Shown here piece after piece: positions 17,788-28,842 of a stretch of DNA of 64,000 bases. The notes under the pieces were generated by a model. It did no database searches. It was not told the origin of the DNA and worked only from the letters and a program-made list of their open reading frames with translations. Position numbers and translations under genes: made by a program. Position 1 is the stretch's first letter; every line of letters starts with the position of its first letter. The DNA lies in assembly GCA_044227985.1 (NCBI GenBank), contig JBGAVT010000001.1:6216-70215 (forward strand), given 5' to 3'. The DNA comes from Candidatus Saccharimonadales bacterium. Its GTDB lineage: Bacteria > Patescibacteriota > Saccharimonadia > Saccharimonadales > JAGPDM01.

Positions 17788-19365
17788 TTAAAGTAAATCG
17801 TCTTGTTTCTCACGGAGATACTTGGCCCAATCGTCAAACAAAGCTAAAATCGATTTAAATGGTAGTTCGACCAGAACATCGAGTAGAATAGTGAAAACGT
17901 TAAACCGGGCATACGAATCACTTAGCCACTGCCCTATTCTGACAAAAGGTGTATAGAAAATATCAAACAAAACATTAAGTACGCCAACTTTCTCTCGGAC
18001 TACGGTATATTCTCTTGTCATGGCTGTAATGCGCATTCCAAAAAAACTGACTGTGCTAAAGAATAAAAAGAATAAAAGACCGCTAACAATATTAAAGCCA
18101 AGTAGGAATAACCACATCGCTAACAAAAATATTGAGACAACAAACATGAACCCATACAAACTAGCGAATAGATAGTTACTTTTGTTCTCACGTGGCTTAA
18201 TCTGTTTTTGAGATTCTGGAGCTACTTGAAGTGCTTGAGAGATTTGCTGAATTAATTCCGTCGTATTGCCTTTTTTCGGTTTTTTAATACCTGCTGAAAT
18301 TAAAACCATAAATAGAGGCGGAAATAGAATATTGAGGATTAATGGCAGCCAGCCAATCTGGCCGTGAACAATCAGATCGTATGGAAGCTCTATGAGTAGC
18401 GCCAAGCTAAGTTTAGTTATAACGATGAAGATAATGGCCCGAACGATGGTACGGCGTGTGCGCGCTGAGATTCGACGGTATGCCAGACTTGCAGCATGAA
18501 TTAACTGACTTTCCAAAATATTCCAATTGGTCAACGTGGCTGATGGTGAGACATCTTCTTGCATAACATCGAGCAGGAGACGATATGGAGCCATTTTACG
18601 GCGTATAACTCTTGAGAGTGAGCGCTCAGTATTTCCACGAATTGACTGCTTAGCTGTGTCAGAAAAATCCAAATATCCTATAGAAGTTTTTTCGATAGTA
18701 GTCCGCCAATCTGGAAATACACTGTAGAACATATAATAACGGATACGTGCTGCATCAGATCGAAGCAACAACCTGTGAACTGAGCTAAATAACGCAAACT
18801 GAACTTGTTGCTTTGGTTGATCTTCATAGAATAAAGGATCAAGTCGCGGTAAGAATTGATGAAAGACATAATGAACGTAAGCCTCTTCGCGCGAACGATC
18901 AACCAACAGACGGTCTATCTCACTACTAGCAATCTCAATAATTTCATCTTCTACGCCCGATGAAAGCGACGATTGCGCATGGATTCCGTCAAGCAGTTTT
19001 TGGTAATCGAAAAGAAGCGAGTCAATAATCTGTAAAGTTTCTTGGCTAACATGATCGTTGTCTATATAGCGAGTCTTGACTAGCTCTGAAATTAGGCTTT
19101 GTCCGATATCTTTGGTATTACCAAGCAAACGCCAATTGCGAACTAAAAATCGTTCGATAGCGTTTCGCAAGAATAAATGCTGCTCACGGTATTGCACGGC
19201 ATTACGGAATCGCTCATAAAATTCATAAGCACGTTGGTTGTTTTCGGTAATATGTACGAGTTCGCCACGATTAATCGCTGTGGAAGGTTTATCTTCGAGG
19301 TCATGAATCAATCTACGTGACGGCTCGTTTAGCTGGATTAGACCAACACTCACTTCTTCTGACAT
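17788..19365 (-). CDS. Hypothetical membrane protein (helical N-terminal domain, about 4-5 C-terminal TMs)
   Basis: 525-aa ORF; resembles an uncharacterised CPR family (YE-x-x-RNA...AI-x-R-x-L; PF-x-x-x-G-x-WLS) from recall only. Confidence 0.75.
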   Translation of the reverse strand: MSEEVSVGLIQLNEPSRRLIHDLEDKPSTAINRGELVHITENNQRAYEFYERFRNAVQYREQHLFLRNAIERFLVRNWRLLGNTKDIGQSLISELVKTRYIDNDHVSQETLQIIDSLLFDYQKLLDGIHAQSSLSSGVEDEIIEIASSEIDRLLVDRSREEAYVHYVFHQFLPRLDPLFYEDQPKQQVQFALFSSVHRLLLRSDAARIRYYMFYSVFPDWRTTIEKTSIGYLDFSDTAKQSIRGNTERSLSRVIRRKMAPYRLLLDVMQEDVSPSATLTNWNILESQLIHAASLAYRRISARTRRTIVRAIIFIVITKLSLALLIELPYDLIVHGQIGWLPLILNILFPPLFMVLISAGIKKPKKGNTTELIQQISQALQVAPESQKQIKPRENKSNYLFASLYGFMFVVSIFLLAMWLFLLGFNIVSGLLFFLFFSTVSFFGMRITAMTREYTVVREKVGVLNVLFDIFYTPFVRIGQWLSDSYARFNVFTILLDVLVELPFKSILALFDDWAKYLREKQDDLL

Positions 19366-19370
19366 GTAAC

Positions 19371-20312
19371 CTATAATAACGCAATATGTTGCGAAATAAT
19401 AGTTTCGAGTTCTTGTAAAGTGCTTGTGTTCATCAGCTCTTGCCTAATTTCGCTGGCGCCATCGCTATCACGCACATACATTTTGGCAAACTTTTTTAAT
19501 CCGGCTGGATTTTTTGTTTCACCGAAATATTCAGAAAAATACTGAACGTGAGTACGGTACATAACAAGTTTCTCTTTTTGCGAGAGAATTTTAAGTTCTT
19601 GCGCAAAACAGGCTGGGTTTGTAAAAATACCGCGACCAATCATTATTCCATCAAGCCTATATTTATCCTGTACAATCTCAGCTTCAGCACGATCAGCAAT
19701 ATCACCATTTCCAATAATTTTAGTTTCTGGTGCATAATGGTCGCGAAGTTTGGCAACTTTCCCTATCTCATCCCAATGGGTTGGAACTTTACTCATTTCT
19801 TTTCGGGTTCGTCCGTGGATTATCAAGCGGCTAAGACCTTGTTTAAGTAGAAATCCACACCACTCCTCGGTTTCAATTTGATTCCAACCAAGACGAGTTT
19901 TGACACTAACTGGTACTTTACCCGCTCCAGCTTTGGTTGCAGCAATTATCTCTGCGGCTTTTTCAGGGGTTTTGATTAATGCGCTGCACGCTCCTTTCCG
20001 AGTGACGACATTTGTCGGACAACCCATGTTGATATCTATCCCGGCATAATCACCACTCTCGGCCAACTCGGCAGCGGTTTTCTCGTAATTCTCTGGGTCA
20101 AGTCCCCAAACTTGGGCTATCAACGGAACGTCTCCTGGCTGTGGTAGTAATTTATGCTTGGTATTTTCTCGTCCTGCGCTCTGGAGACCATCAACGCTTA
20201 CAAACTCAGTGAACATCTCATCGGATGGATAGGTTTCGGAAATTAGTCGACGAAAAGATACATCCGTTACATCGTCCATCGGCGCCAAGATACAATAAGC
20301 TTTCATAGCCAT
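19371..20312 (-). CDS. dus: tRNA-dihydrouridine synthase
   Basis: LAPMDDVTD, IDINMGCP, VSVKTRLG, HGRT, GNGDI, MIGRG. Confidence 0.93.
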   Translation of the reverse strand: MAMKAYCILAPMDDVTDVSFRRLISETYPSDEMFTEFVSVDGLQSAGRENTKHKLLPQPGDVPLIAQVWGLDPENYEKTAAELAESGDYAGIDINMGCPTNVVTRKGACSALIKTPEKAAEIIAATKAGAGKVPVSVKTRLGWNQIETEEWCGFLLKQGLSRLIIHGRTRKEMSKVPTHWDEIGKVAKLRDHYAPETKIIGNGDIADRAEAEIVQDKYRLDGIMIGRGIFTNPACFAQELKILSQKEKLVMYRTHVQYFSEYFGETKNPAGLKKFAKMYVRDSDGASEIRQELMNTSTLQELETIISQHIALL

Positions 20313-20331
20313 TTATTGTATCAGACAACGT

Positions 20332-20856
20332 CTAGTCGCCAATATTATAGATCAGACACAGAATATTAATATCACCGGAATCAAGTAGTTCTTCAGTAGA
20401 TTTTTCTCCTAAAAACCACCACGTTTTACGTTTCTGCGCATCTAGAGTATGTCCTTCTCTTAGCTCAAGTTTTCTCATAGCTTCTACTAGCAGATGTGGA
20501 ACATTGCCTTCTGATGCTAACCTTTCATATGGATCGCTTTGTTTGCCTTCTTCAGTCTGGTAGTATTCCCTTTCAGATGATTCTTGGTCACGTGTTTTAG
20601 TCGTTCTATCACTAAAGCTGAAAATATTCGGCTTACTACCCCTACTCTTTCCTATTTCTTCTTCAGCTATAATTATTCGCTCGAAGATGGAGTCAGTTTG
20701 AGATTGACTAATCGTTGCTGGTGAATTTGATAGTTCAGGCTGAGGTCGCTTCTCAGCAGTCTCAATCTTGTTAATTGCTTTATCTACATCTCGATCTGTA
20801 TAAGATATAGCTGGATTGACTGGTCGTTGCGTTTCAATATTCATAATGTAATACAA
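20332..20856 (-). CDS. Hypothetical protein
   Basis: 174-aa ORF with an AT-rich upstream spacer; no recognisable motif; start uncertain. Confidence 0.5.
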   Translation of the reverse strand: MYYIMNIETQRPVNPAISYTDRDVDKAINKIETAEKRPQPELSNSPATISQSQTDSIFERIIIAEEEIGKSRGSKPNIFSFSDRTTKTRDQESSEREYYQTEEGKQSDPYERLASEGNVPHLLVEAMRKLELREGHTLDAQKRKTWWFLGEKSTEELLDSGDINILCLIYNIGD

Positions 20857-21190
20857 TACTCATAATGTTTAAGTGAACACTTAAACTATAACAACACTCA
20901 AAACTAAATCAAGAGGTAAATAAAACAATAATTATATAAATGCAAAATTGCAGGTGTGGAACTCTAATTTACTCAAGATAAATTATACTTGGCGATGCTA
21001 GCTGTTAAATAGTTTTTTAATTATAATAAATTTCATAGAAGATTAGGTTAATTCTTGTGCTTGCTTAAAATAAGGGAAAGCAAATAATACAAAAAAAATT
21101 TAATTAATACCGATAGTATGCTATAGAAAGCTGAAATACTGCTTCTTTCTAATCTTTAAGAAGGATGGTTAGCCACTCTGCTGAATTCGA

Positions 21191-22723
21191 TTACTCCCAC
21201 TCAATAGTACCGGGAGGCTTACTTGTTACATCGTAAACTACACGATTAATGCCACGGACTTCGTTCACAACTTTGGTTGATATATCTTGCAAAACTTTGT
21301 GCGGGAATTGGTACCAATCGGCGGTCATAACATCATCACTAGTAACACAACGAATAGCAAGGACTGATTCGTACGTCCGTTCATCGCCCATAACACCGAC
21401 TGTTTTGATAGGAAGTAGCACGCTAAAAGCTTGCCAAATTTCATCGTATAAACCAGCCTGTTTGATCTGATCAATTACGATTGCATCAGCATTCTGTAGT
21501 AGTTGAACTCTATCTTTAGTGATCTCGCCGAGAATTCTAACAGCTAAACCAGGACCTGGGAACGGATGTCTGTTAACTAAATCAGCTTTAATGCCTAGCT
21601 CACGGCCAACTTTCCTAACTTCATCCTTAAATAATTCACGCAGAGGTTCAATTAAGCTAAGATCCATCTTTTCTGGCAGACCACCAACATTGTGATGGCT
21701 CTTAATTACCGAGCTCGGTCCGTGCACCGAAACGCTCTCAATTACATCAGGATACAAAGTACCTTGGACAAGAAAATCTACTTCGCCGAGCTTATTAGCC
21801 TCTTCCTGGAAAACTTCAATAAATTCATTGCCAATAATCTTACGCTTCTTTTCTGGGTCAGTTACGCCGTCTAGCAATTTCAAGAATCGATCAGATGCAT
21901 CAACATGTATTACATTCAATCCTTCGACATCCTCGTACGCTTCCATGACTTGCTCGGCTTCGTCTTTACGAAGCAAACCGGTGTCGACAAAAATACAGGT
22001 TTGCTGATCGCCAATCGCTTTAGCAACCAGGCTGGATGCAACTGAGCTATCAACTCCACCACTCAATCCAGAAATCACTTTCTTATCACCAACTTTGGCT
22101 TTAATTTGTGCGACGGTGTCATCGATAAAGCTACTCATGCTCCAATCACCAGCGAAATCTGATATCTCAAACAAGAAGTTTTTAATCAGTTGTGTGCCAT
22201 CAGCTGTATGAGTTACCTCAGGGTGGAACTGGACGCCATAGCGTTTTAAAGCTTCATTAGATGCGGCTGCAATTGTGTTTTTTGTCTGGGCAATTTGTTC
22301 AAAGTTCTCTGGCAAAGCTGTAACTTTATCGAAGTGGCTCATCCAGACAGTTTTGTCATTAAAGTCCTTAAACAGATCAGAGTCTTTGGTTGTGATATCG
22401 GCCCGCCCATATTCACGTTTATCTCCCCGACCGACGGTTCCACCGTAGTGCTTAGCCATTATTTGTAGACCGTAGCAGATTCCGAGCATCGGAATCTCTA
22501 GATCAAATACTTTCGGATCTGGGGCAAATGGGACTTCGTCGGCGTGGACACTGCCAGGACCGCCACTCAAGATTATCGCTTTTGGATTTTTGGCTTTTAT
22601 CTCTTCTAAGCTGGTCGAAAACGGCACAATCTCGGCGTAAACTCCCTGTTCCCTGACTCGTCTAGCGATTAGCTGTGTGTACTGAGCTCCGAAATCTAGT
22701 ATCAATAAAAGTTCATGTTTCAT
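21191..22723 (-). CDS. guaA: GMP synthase (glutamine-hydrolysing)
   Basis: [42 protein letters not shown]. Confidence 0.98.
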   Translation of the reverse strand: MKHELLLILDFGAQYTQLIARRVREQGVYAEIVPFSTSLEEIKAKNPKAIILSGGPGSVHADEVPFAPDPKVFDLEIPMLGICYGLQIMAKHYGGTVGRGDKREYGRADITTKDSDLFKDFNDKTVWMSHFDKVTALPENFEQIAQTKNTIAAASNEALKRYGVQFHPEVTHTADGTQLIKNFLFEISDFAGDWSMSSFIDDTVAQIKAKVGDKKVISGLSGGVDSSVASSLVAKAIGDQQTCIFVDTGLLRKDEAEQVMEAYEDVEGLNVIHVDASDRFLKLLDGVTDPEKKRKIIGNEFIEVFQEEANKLGEVDFLVQGTLYPDVIESVSVHGPSSVIKSHHNVGGLPEKMDLSLIEPLRELFKDEVRKVGRELGIKADLVNRHPFPGPGLAVRILGEITKDRVQLLQNADAIVIDQIKQAGLYDEIWQAFSVLLPIKTVGVMGDERTYESVLAIRCVTSDDVMTADWYQFPHKVLQDISTKVVNEVRGINRVVYDVTSKPPGTIEWE

Positions 22724-22744
22724 TAACTAATTTTACCAGATTTT

Positions 22745-23275
22745 CTATCTGTTATCGAGGCCAGTTTGCAATAAATCGAATGCAATTAGTTCAAACCCCT
22801 TATTTGTCCAATTTGTGTCCTTAGCTTTATAAACCTTCTCTAGCTGCTCGATACTAACCCACTTAGTCTCTTCTACTTCCTGTTCTTCAAGTTTTAGCTC
22901 TAAGTTATCAGACTCAACCACTACACTGAATATCCATTTGATTTTGTTTAAGTAATGATACGAATAGGCTAAGACTAATCCCAACTGTTGTGGCTCCGCG
23001 ACTATGCCGACCTCTTCTCTCAGCTCCTTGATTGCAGTTTGAACTGGAGTCTCGCCAGGCGCCGCGTGACCACCAAAAGTTACTGTCCATTTTGATGGGT
23101 TTGTATCTACGCCAGCTGCCCGCTTATGGCATAAGATTCTGCCACCACTTACCACCAAGACGCTACTTGTTCTTGTCCAGCTGTCACTAGCCAGAACTTC
23201 AGACCTTTTACCAGATCCAATTGGCTGGTCTAGTTTGTCGACAATTAATATTTCTTCGTTGCTATTAATACTCAT
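22745..23275 (-). CDS. NUDIX hydrolase (IDI-like subfamily)
   Basis: Nudix box GGH-x-x-x-GE-x7-KELREEVG. Confidence 0.85.
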   Translation of the reverse strand: MSINSNEEILIVDKLDQPIGSGKRSEVLASDSWTRTSSVLVVSGGRILCHKRAAGVDTNPSKWTVTFGGHAAPGETPVQTAIKELREEVGIVAEPQQLGLVLAYSYHYLNKIKWIFSVVVESDNLELKLEEQEVEETKWVSIEQLEKVYKAKDTNWTNKGFELIAFDLLQTGLDNR

Positions 23276-23290
23276 ACAAGTTTATTGTAA

Positions 23291-23319
23291 CAAAAAAAAC
23301 ACCTCCTACTGGAGGTGTC
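23291..23319 (-). terminator. Intrinsic terminator of the small gene at 23340-23543
   Basis: ACACCTCC-agta-GGAGGTGT followed by a T tract on the minus strand. Confidence 0.8.
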
Positions 23320-23339
23320 TAGAAAAAGTTAGTTTGAAA

Positions 23340-23543
23340 CTAAGCTTTTTTCTTAAGAGTTAAGAAACCGTTTCGCGGATTCTCAGCAACTTGTCGATCG
23401 CTTGGAAGTTCATTGACTTCATCATCAGGACGAACGTCCTTCGCGAAAAAATAGATTGTTTGTTGTTTGCCACCACGAAGTGTTACATCTTTACTGTGCA
23501 AGTAATATGTTACACCTTTTGAATTTGTATGTGAGTAAGCCAT
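23340..23543 (-). CDS. Small basic hypothetical protein
   Basis: 67 aa with a strong SD (GAGGGGAG) and its own terminator; NSKG-x-x-YYLH...IYFF...N-x-R-x-G pattern. Confidence 0.8.
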   Translation of the reverse strand: MAYSHTNSKGVTYYLHSKDVTLRGGKQQTIYFFAKDVRPDDEVNELPSDRQVAENPRNGFLTLKKKA

Positions 23544-23718
23544 TTAACTCCCCTCGTTATCTGTTAGTGTCTTTACACTACTCGGTGCACTATTTCTTGT
23601 CAACAGGTGTGGTACAGATTACACCAGATTGAATGTAGGTAATTAAAAGCAATTCTAGACGAAAGCAATGTAAATTGCTACACTAAAAACCATAAGTACT
23701 AACAAGTGGGAGAACAAG

Positions 23719-24492
23719 ATGGAATTTCAAAAGAAGACGAATAGTTCTGATAATAATTCTGGTGGACTTGGGGGATTGACACCGTCACGTAGCGACGAAC
23801 AACCAAATGAACAGCCGAGAGTATCGAGTCCGCCACCGATTAACGTACCTGACAGCAAACCAGTAAAGGCAGTTGCAGCACCACGATTCGGTGAGCCAAG
23901 TGGAGCTAGTAAAATATTAGTCATCCTTTTGATCATATCAAGCTTAATTTTTATCACTGCTATGAGCTTACAATTAGCAGATAGTTTAAGTAACAAAGAC
24001 AGCGGTCTGCAATACGACGTCGATAAGATTTACCTAGTAACACTCGGAAATGACCAAACTTATGCTGGTAAATTATCGAGGATCAATGATGAGTTCTTTC
24101 TGCTCAACGAGACATACCAAGTATCTCTAGAAGACAATCAACCTGTAGTAGTGAGACCTTCTGATGGCAAATTTGGCGTAGAAAATACTCTCTACCTAGA
24201 CATTACAGATGTTGTCTACTGGCAGGCAATCCCAGATGACAGCACACTTGGCCAGTTGATCAGCAACTACAAAAATACAAGTAAGTCTAACCTTCAAGAA
24301 AAGACCACTGAATCTGAAGTCCCAGCCACAGAGCAACCAACAAAAACCGAAGGCAAAGTCGAATCACCTGAGACTAGCAAGCCTGCTCCAACTAACGGAC
24401 AAAAGACTAACCCAATAGATATGGGAACAGGCGCTACTCAAAGCCCAAATCCTAATGATGCACAAAAACTTAATGACGGCCTCAGCCAATAG
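23719..24492 (+). CDS. Hypothetical single-pass membrane protein
   Basis: Disordered N-terminus, one TM, compact beta-rich domain (YLVTLGNDQTYAGKL), disordered C-terminus. Confidence 0.75.
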   Translation: MEFQKKTNSSDNNSGGLGGLTPSRSDEQPNEQPRVSSPPPINVPDSKPVKAVAAPRFGEPSGASKILVILLIISSLIFITAMSLQLADSLSNKDSGLQYDVDKIYLVTLGNDQTYAGKLSRINDEFFLLNETYQVSLEDNQPVVVRPSDGKFGVENTLYLDITDVVYWQAIPDDSTLGQLISNYKNTSKSNLQEKTTESEVPATEQPTKTEGKVESPETSKPAPTNGQKTNPIDMGTGATQSPNPNDAQKLNDGLSQ

Positions 24493-24516
24493 TTAGTTAT
24501 TATTATTTAGTACATT

Positions 24517-25104
24517 CTACAGACCATCGATATCGCCTTTGTAGTAGGCTAACTCCGCTCGGAAAAATCTCCAGATAACAAGACAAAGTCCATAAATTCC
24601 ACTCAACGCAGCTACGACTAAGCTCATACCGGCCAAGTCATAGCTAATTATTGGGGCACTAAATGAATAATTAAACAGTTTTTTATCTGGAACTTGGGTG
24701 AGAGCCACTTGTTTCGTCCCAAGCTGTGCTAGTTTTTGGTTTATATGATCTTTTACGCAGGGCTTAGTCGAATCAATGAAACCACCGCTGGCACACGAGG
24801 CGGGTAAATCCGCAAAAATATCTGATGGTTTACCATTAACATCGGTAGTAGTTTCAAGCACTTTTTTAGTAGCCCTTTCATAACTGTATTTTAGAGGGAC
24901 ATCAGTACTTGTCCCCATGTGTTTAGCGATGTAATCGCGAAGCACATTTAACGGTTCATCAATTGGCTCGTTCTGCTTGTCTGCTATAAAGACGTCTTCA
25001 CGCAACAATGCCATCTTTATGTTGTTCTGTCGGACAGCATGTATACCAATAGCTGCGGTTACTATACAAATTATAAATAAATGCCATGGTTTTATATGTT
25101 TCAT
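24517..25104 (-). CDS. Hypothetical two-TM protein
   Basis: 195 aa with N- and C-terminal TMs; divergent from murC. Confidence 0.75.
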   Translation of the reverse strand: MKHIKPWHLFIICIVTAAIGIHAVRQNNIKMALLREDVFIADKQNEPIDEPLNVLRDYIAKHMGTSTDVPLKYSYERATKKVLETTTDVNGKPSDIFADLPASCASGGFIDSTKPCVKDHINQKLAQLGTKQVALTQVPDKKLFNYSFSAPIISYDLAGMSLVVAALSGIYGLCLVIWRFFRAELAYYKGDIDGL

Positions 25105-25145
25105 GCGAATTCCAAACTTCTTATGTCTATCATATCATTATTACG

Positions 25146-25175
25146 CTTGATACTTGATACTTGATACTTGATACT
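25146..25175 (+). repeat. (CTTGATA)x4 tandem heptamer overlapping the murC promoter
   Basis: cttgata cttgata cttgata cttgata ct; contains TTGATA-17 bp-GATACT ending 7 nt before ATG 25183. Confidence 0.85.
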
Positions 25176-25182
25176 AAAAGCT

Positions 25183-26433
25183 ATGCATGTATATTTTTCT
25201 GGGATCGGAGGGGCTGGGATCGGTCCTCTCGCGCTATTGGCTCTCGATAGTGGCTATCAAGTAAGCGGTAGCGACATTACACACAGTTGGTTCATTGATG
25301 AACTAATAGCTCGAGGCGCACAAATAAATATCAGCCTGCCGGACAGTATATTTCTTAGTGAGAAAATAAAAGCAGTTAATCCCCCAACCTGGCTAGTGCA
25401 AACTTCTGCGCTACCAAATAACCATCCAGAATTAGTACTAGCAAGAGAAGCTGGATTACAAACTAGTAAGCGTGCCGAATTTTTATTACATATTCTGAAA
25501 AAACACAACCAAAAGCTTATCGCCGTCAGCGGTACCCACGGAAAAACTACTACAACCGGAATGCTGATTTGGTTGGCGAGACAATTAAATATATCTGTAA
25601 GCTACTTAATTGGTACTAATATTTCTTGGGGTCCAAACGCGATGCTAGCAGCAAGATCTCGTTGGTTTATATATGAGGCAGATGAATACGATCGAAACAT
25701 GCTACAATTTCACCCAGAAATTGCAGTCGTTCCAAGCCTTGATTATGATCACCCAGACATTTATCCGACAGTCGGAGATTACCGCCAGGCGTTCATACAG
25801 TTTGCTCAACAGAGTCAAGTAATCATCACTAGTCCAGAGATTGAACACCTGCAAGAAACTGAAGCCTTATATCCCGACAGTGCGTTACTTGATGATATAA
25901 CTTTACCGGGGATTCACAGTCGGAATAACGCTTCGCTTGCTATCACTGCTTTTAAGCAGGCGGGGTTATCTAATGATACTAATGCATTAATAACAGCTAT
26001 CAACAATTTTCCAGGTACAGCTAGACGATTTGAAAAACTAGCCGATAACTTGTACACCGATTATGCTCATCATCCGGTTGAAATAGCTGCCACACTGCAA
26101 CTTGCTCGAGAGATTTCTGATAATGTTGTGGTGGTGTATCAACCACATCAGGACAGAAGACAACGTGAAATCCGAGACCAATATGCTGATGCTTTCAAGC
26201 ATGCCAGTAAAATCTACTGGCTTCCCACCTATGAGCCAATAGGTCGCTCTAGTCAGGCCCCCTTAACTCAAGCTGAGTTGATGACATCACTCAACAACAG
26301 CGAAATTGCCAAGTCTGCAAGCTTGGATGAAAGCCTCGTCGATATTATCAACAAAGAACGTACAGAAGGTAAGCTTGTGCTGTGTTTTTCAGCTGGAACG
26401 CTTGATGCTTTTTTACGCGATAATCTAGTCTAA
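25183..26433 (+). CDS. murC: UDP-N-acetylmuramate--L-alanine ligase
   Basis: GIGGAG, GSD, SGTHGKTTT, EADEYD, DHPD, RRFE, DYAHHP, QPH. Confidence 0.92.
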   Translation: MHVYFSGIGGAGIGPLALLALDSGYQVSGSDITHSWFIDELIARGAQINISLPDSIFLSEKIKAVNPPTWLVQTSALPNNHPELVLAREAGLQTSKRAEFLLHILKKHNQKLIAVSGTHGKTTTTGMLIWLARQLNISVSYLIGTNISWGPNAMLAARSRWFIYEADEYDRNMLQFHPEIAVVPSLDYDHPDIYPTVGDYRQAFIQFAQQSQVIITSPEIEHLQETEALYPDSALLDDITLPGIHSRNNASLAITAFKQAGLSNDTNALITAINNFPGTARRFEKLADNLYTDYAHHPVEIAATLQLAREISDNVVVVYQPHQDRRQREIRDQYADAFKHASKIYWLPTYEPIGRSSQAPLTQAELMTSLNNSEIAKSASLDESLVDIINKERTEGKLVLCFSAGTLDAFLRDNLV

Positions 26434-26439
26434 ATCTAA

Positions 26440-27240
26440 TTATTTCTTAGGAAACCACGGGAAGAAAATAGGTGTTTTCTTTGCATAGTCTTGAAAATCT
26501 TTACGGTCTTTGTATTTCTTTTCGAGAATCGGGACACCTGATATATAGCGAAGCAGTAGCGTAATTGTTATTGGACCGACTAATACCCATAGACCACAAC
26601 CCGGGAAATTCCAACCTAGTTTCTCCATTGAAGCCAGCGAGATCAGGCCAACTCCCCACCACTGCATGGCCTCTCCGAAATAGTTCGGATGACGAGAGAA
26701 TGCCCATACTCCTTGGGTTAATATACCTTTTTTTCCATACTTAAGATGCATTTTAAGATGATAATCCGCCGTAGCTTCCATAAAAAAGCCAAATATCCAA
26801 ATGAGAACTCCTGGCAGAATCAACCAGCCCCAGCTGTTGTAAACAGGTTGGAGCGTCGTTACAGCATGTATTACAGGCAGGCTGATGATGAACATCATTG
26901 CAGCTTGTAGCATAAAAATTTGGAAATAAGCACGAAGGTAGACCCACTTGCCCCATTCTTTGCGCCACTGGGCATAGCGCCAATCTTCACCAGCCTTACT
27001 GTTGCGACTATAAATGTGCGACAACAGGCGTACTCCCCATGCGGTAACCAGTCCTACGACTAGTAATGAACGGGTTTGCCAATTATTTGATAACAGTAAC
27101 ATTGACCAGGCTACTAGGACAAAGCCAAAGCCCCAACCAATGTCTACAATAGAGTTATCTTTCTTTATTTGAGCAAAAATAAAAAGTGCATTAAAATATA
27201 TAAAAATAACAAGTGCAGCCGCCATTAATGATTCAATCAT
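26440..27240 (-). CDS. DUF1295 / steroid 5-alpha-reductase-like membrane protein
   Basis: [19 protein letters not shown]-x-x-[11 protein letters not shown]. Confidence 0.9.
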   Translation of the reverse strand: MIESLMAAALVIFIYFNALFIFAQIKKDNSIVDIGWGFGFVLVAWSMLLLSNNWQTRSLLVVGLVTAWGVRLLSHIYSRNSKAGEDWRYAQWRKEWGKWVYLRAYFQIFMLQAAMMFIISLPVIHAVTTLQPVYNSWGWLILPGVLIWIFGFFMEATADYHLKMHLKYGKKGILTQGVWAFSRHPNYFGEAMQWWGVGLISLASMEKLGWNFPGCGLWVLVGPITITLLLRYISGVPILEKKYKDRKDFQDYAKKTPIFFPWFPKK

Positions 27241-27255
27241 AAGTTTATAGTACCA

Positions 27256-27885
27256 TTACGTTCGTTCAGCCGCCAGGATGCCAATAGGTAAACCTGCATC
27301 GCGCCAGAACCGCTCGTACTTAGTCTGGTAAAAGATTGGACCGTCACCTAACTCTGGAAGATCAGTCTCAAGTCCGACAATTTCAAAATCAGGATGATTC
27401 TCGACCGACTCAGCACCACTAGCAAGCAACATTGAATTATCAGTTTTTAAAAAGAATTGAGATTTTGGTGCTAAGACTGCTTTGTAGCCATCAAGGAAAT
27501 TCTTATTTGTCATGCGGCGTTTCACCTGGCTCTTTTTAAAATACGGATCAGGAAACGTCATCCAAAATTGTGAAATGCTCTGGCTTGGAAAATGTGCGCT
27601 GATTGATTCAGCATCGGCATTCAAGAAACAAATATTTTCTAGCTTTTCCTCACTAGCTTGTCGAGCTCCCTGCCAAAGCCGGTCGCGTTTCTTGTCAATT
27701 GCCACAATCTGGTAATTTGGGAAATTTCTGGCATATTCTAGGGAAAACTCAGCACTACCGGCGCCCATCTCGACCACCAATGGTTTGTCTGGTAGCTTAA
27801 AGTCACACCAACTATTACTATCGAAGCAATTGTTTGACTGGTGAAATTTTGCATACTTATATAACTTGCGTCGTCGATGTCCCAT
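27256..27885 (-). CDS. trmB: tRNA (guanine-N7)-methyltransferase
   Basis: VEMGAG, FPDPY, KRR, LKTD, TKYE. Confidence 0.9.
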   Translation of the reverse strand: MGHRRRKLYKYAKFHQSNNCFDSNSWCDFKLPDKPLVVEMGAGSAEFSLEYARNFPNYQIVAIDKKRDRLWQGARQASEEKLENICFLNADAESISAHFPSQSISQFWMTFPDPYFKKSQVKRRMTNKNFLDGYKAVLAPKSQFFLKTDNSMLLASGAESVENHPDFEIVGLETDLPELGDGPIFYQTKYERFWRDAGLPIGILAAERT

Positions 27886-27921
27886 TTGCATATTTTACAT
27901 TTATTTTATATAACTAAGCAA

Positions 27922-28497
27922 ATGAATTCAGCTATTGAAGAAATTCGAAGACTGGCAAAGCCAAATCTAGACGCACAACAAATACCGCGTGAGAGTTTTG
28001 AGCTGCGAAAACTTGAATTCGGCAGACACGCTATCGCATTTGCAACGAGATCCGATCTATCGATGCTTGATCACGCAGAAATAACTAAACAAATGACCAC
28101 TCCGCAAGCAGATGACTATTGGCTGGAATATTTTACTAGCTTACACGAACTTGATGATGAGCGACTTGGACAGTTGCGTAATCTTGCAGAATACATACCC
28201 GATAAAACAATAGATACTTTTGAGATTAACGGCGAGGTAATTACATCTGGAGAACGAAGAAGAACGAGGGCGTTAGCTATCACTATATCAATTAGAGATA
28301 GTTGCCAAGTAGACTCGAGAATACATTCTCTTGCCGTAGGAATTATTGAATTTGATTACACGGAAAACGAGATCACCACTGCTGCGCGATATGAGATAGG
28401 TAAGTTAAGAGACATCAGAAGAAAGCCGAACGAGAGTATCGCCGAGCTGATTCCCGAAGGAGTAAGCTTGAGGACCGTGTACACTGATCTACTTTAA
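27922..28497 (+). CDS. Hypothetical protein
   Basis: Open frame divergent from trmB; likely start MNSAIEE at 27922; no motif recognised. Confidence 0.55.
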   Translation: MNSAIEEIRRLAKPNLDAQQIPRESFELRKLEFGRHAIAFATRSDLSMLDHAEITKQMTTPQADDYWLEYFTSLHELDDERLGQLRNLAEYIPDKTIDTFEINGEVITSGERRRTRALAITISIRDSCQVDSRIHSLAVGIIEFDYTENEITTAARYEIGKLRDIRRKPNESIAELIPEGVSLRTVYTDLL

Positions 28498-28826
28498 CGG
28501 TTGTCTCCTGATCCAGAAATCCTATTGCGCTTTTGACGTGAACTTAGCTTATCTAAGTTCTCTCTCGCTACAGAATCGAGACTAACATCAGTTAGATCTG
28601 CAAGTCGAGCGAGGTACCACAATACGTCCCCAAGTTCAGCAGCTATAGCTGATTTCGTTTTATTGGTGAGTTGGCCGCTATCATCGCGTAGAATTTTCTT
28701 TACTTTCTCGGCAACTTCTCCTGATTCACCAACCAATCCAAGCGCCATTCGAGCTAAAAAAAGAGCACTATCATCACTTTCGACGATAGTGCTAGCGCTC
28801 GCTTTTTGGTATTCATCAAGCGTCAT
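28494..28826 (-). CDS. MazG-like nucleoside triphosphate pyrophosphohydrolase
   Basis: LGLVGESGEVAEKVKK, ELGDVLWY, N-x-x-KL-x-x-R, GSGDNR. Confidence 0.92.
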   Translation of the reverse strand: MTLDEYQKASASTIVESDDSALFLARMALGLVGESGEVAEKVKKILRDDSGQLTNKTKSAIAAELGDVLWYLARLADLTDVSLDSVARENLDKLSSRQKRNRISGSGDNR

Positions 28827-28842
28827 CTTTTTTACTCAAAAA

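Noticed and set aside
20857-21190. AT-rich gap as a replication origin
   Set aside because: No cluster of DnaA boxes (TTATCCACA) was seen and there is no dnaA/dnaN context.
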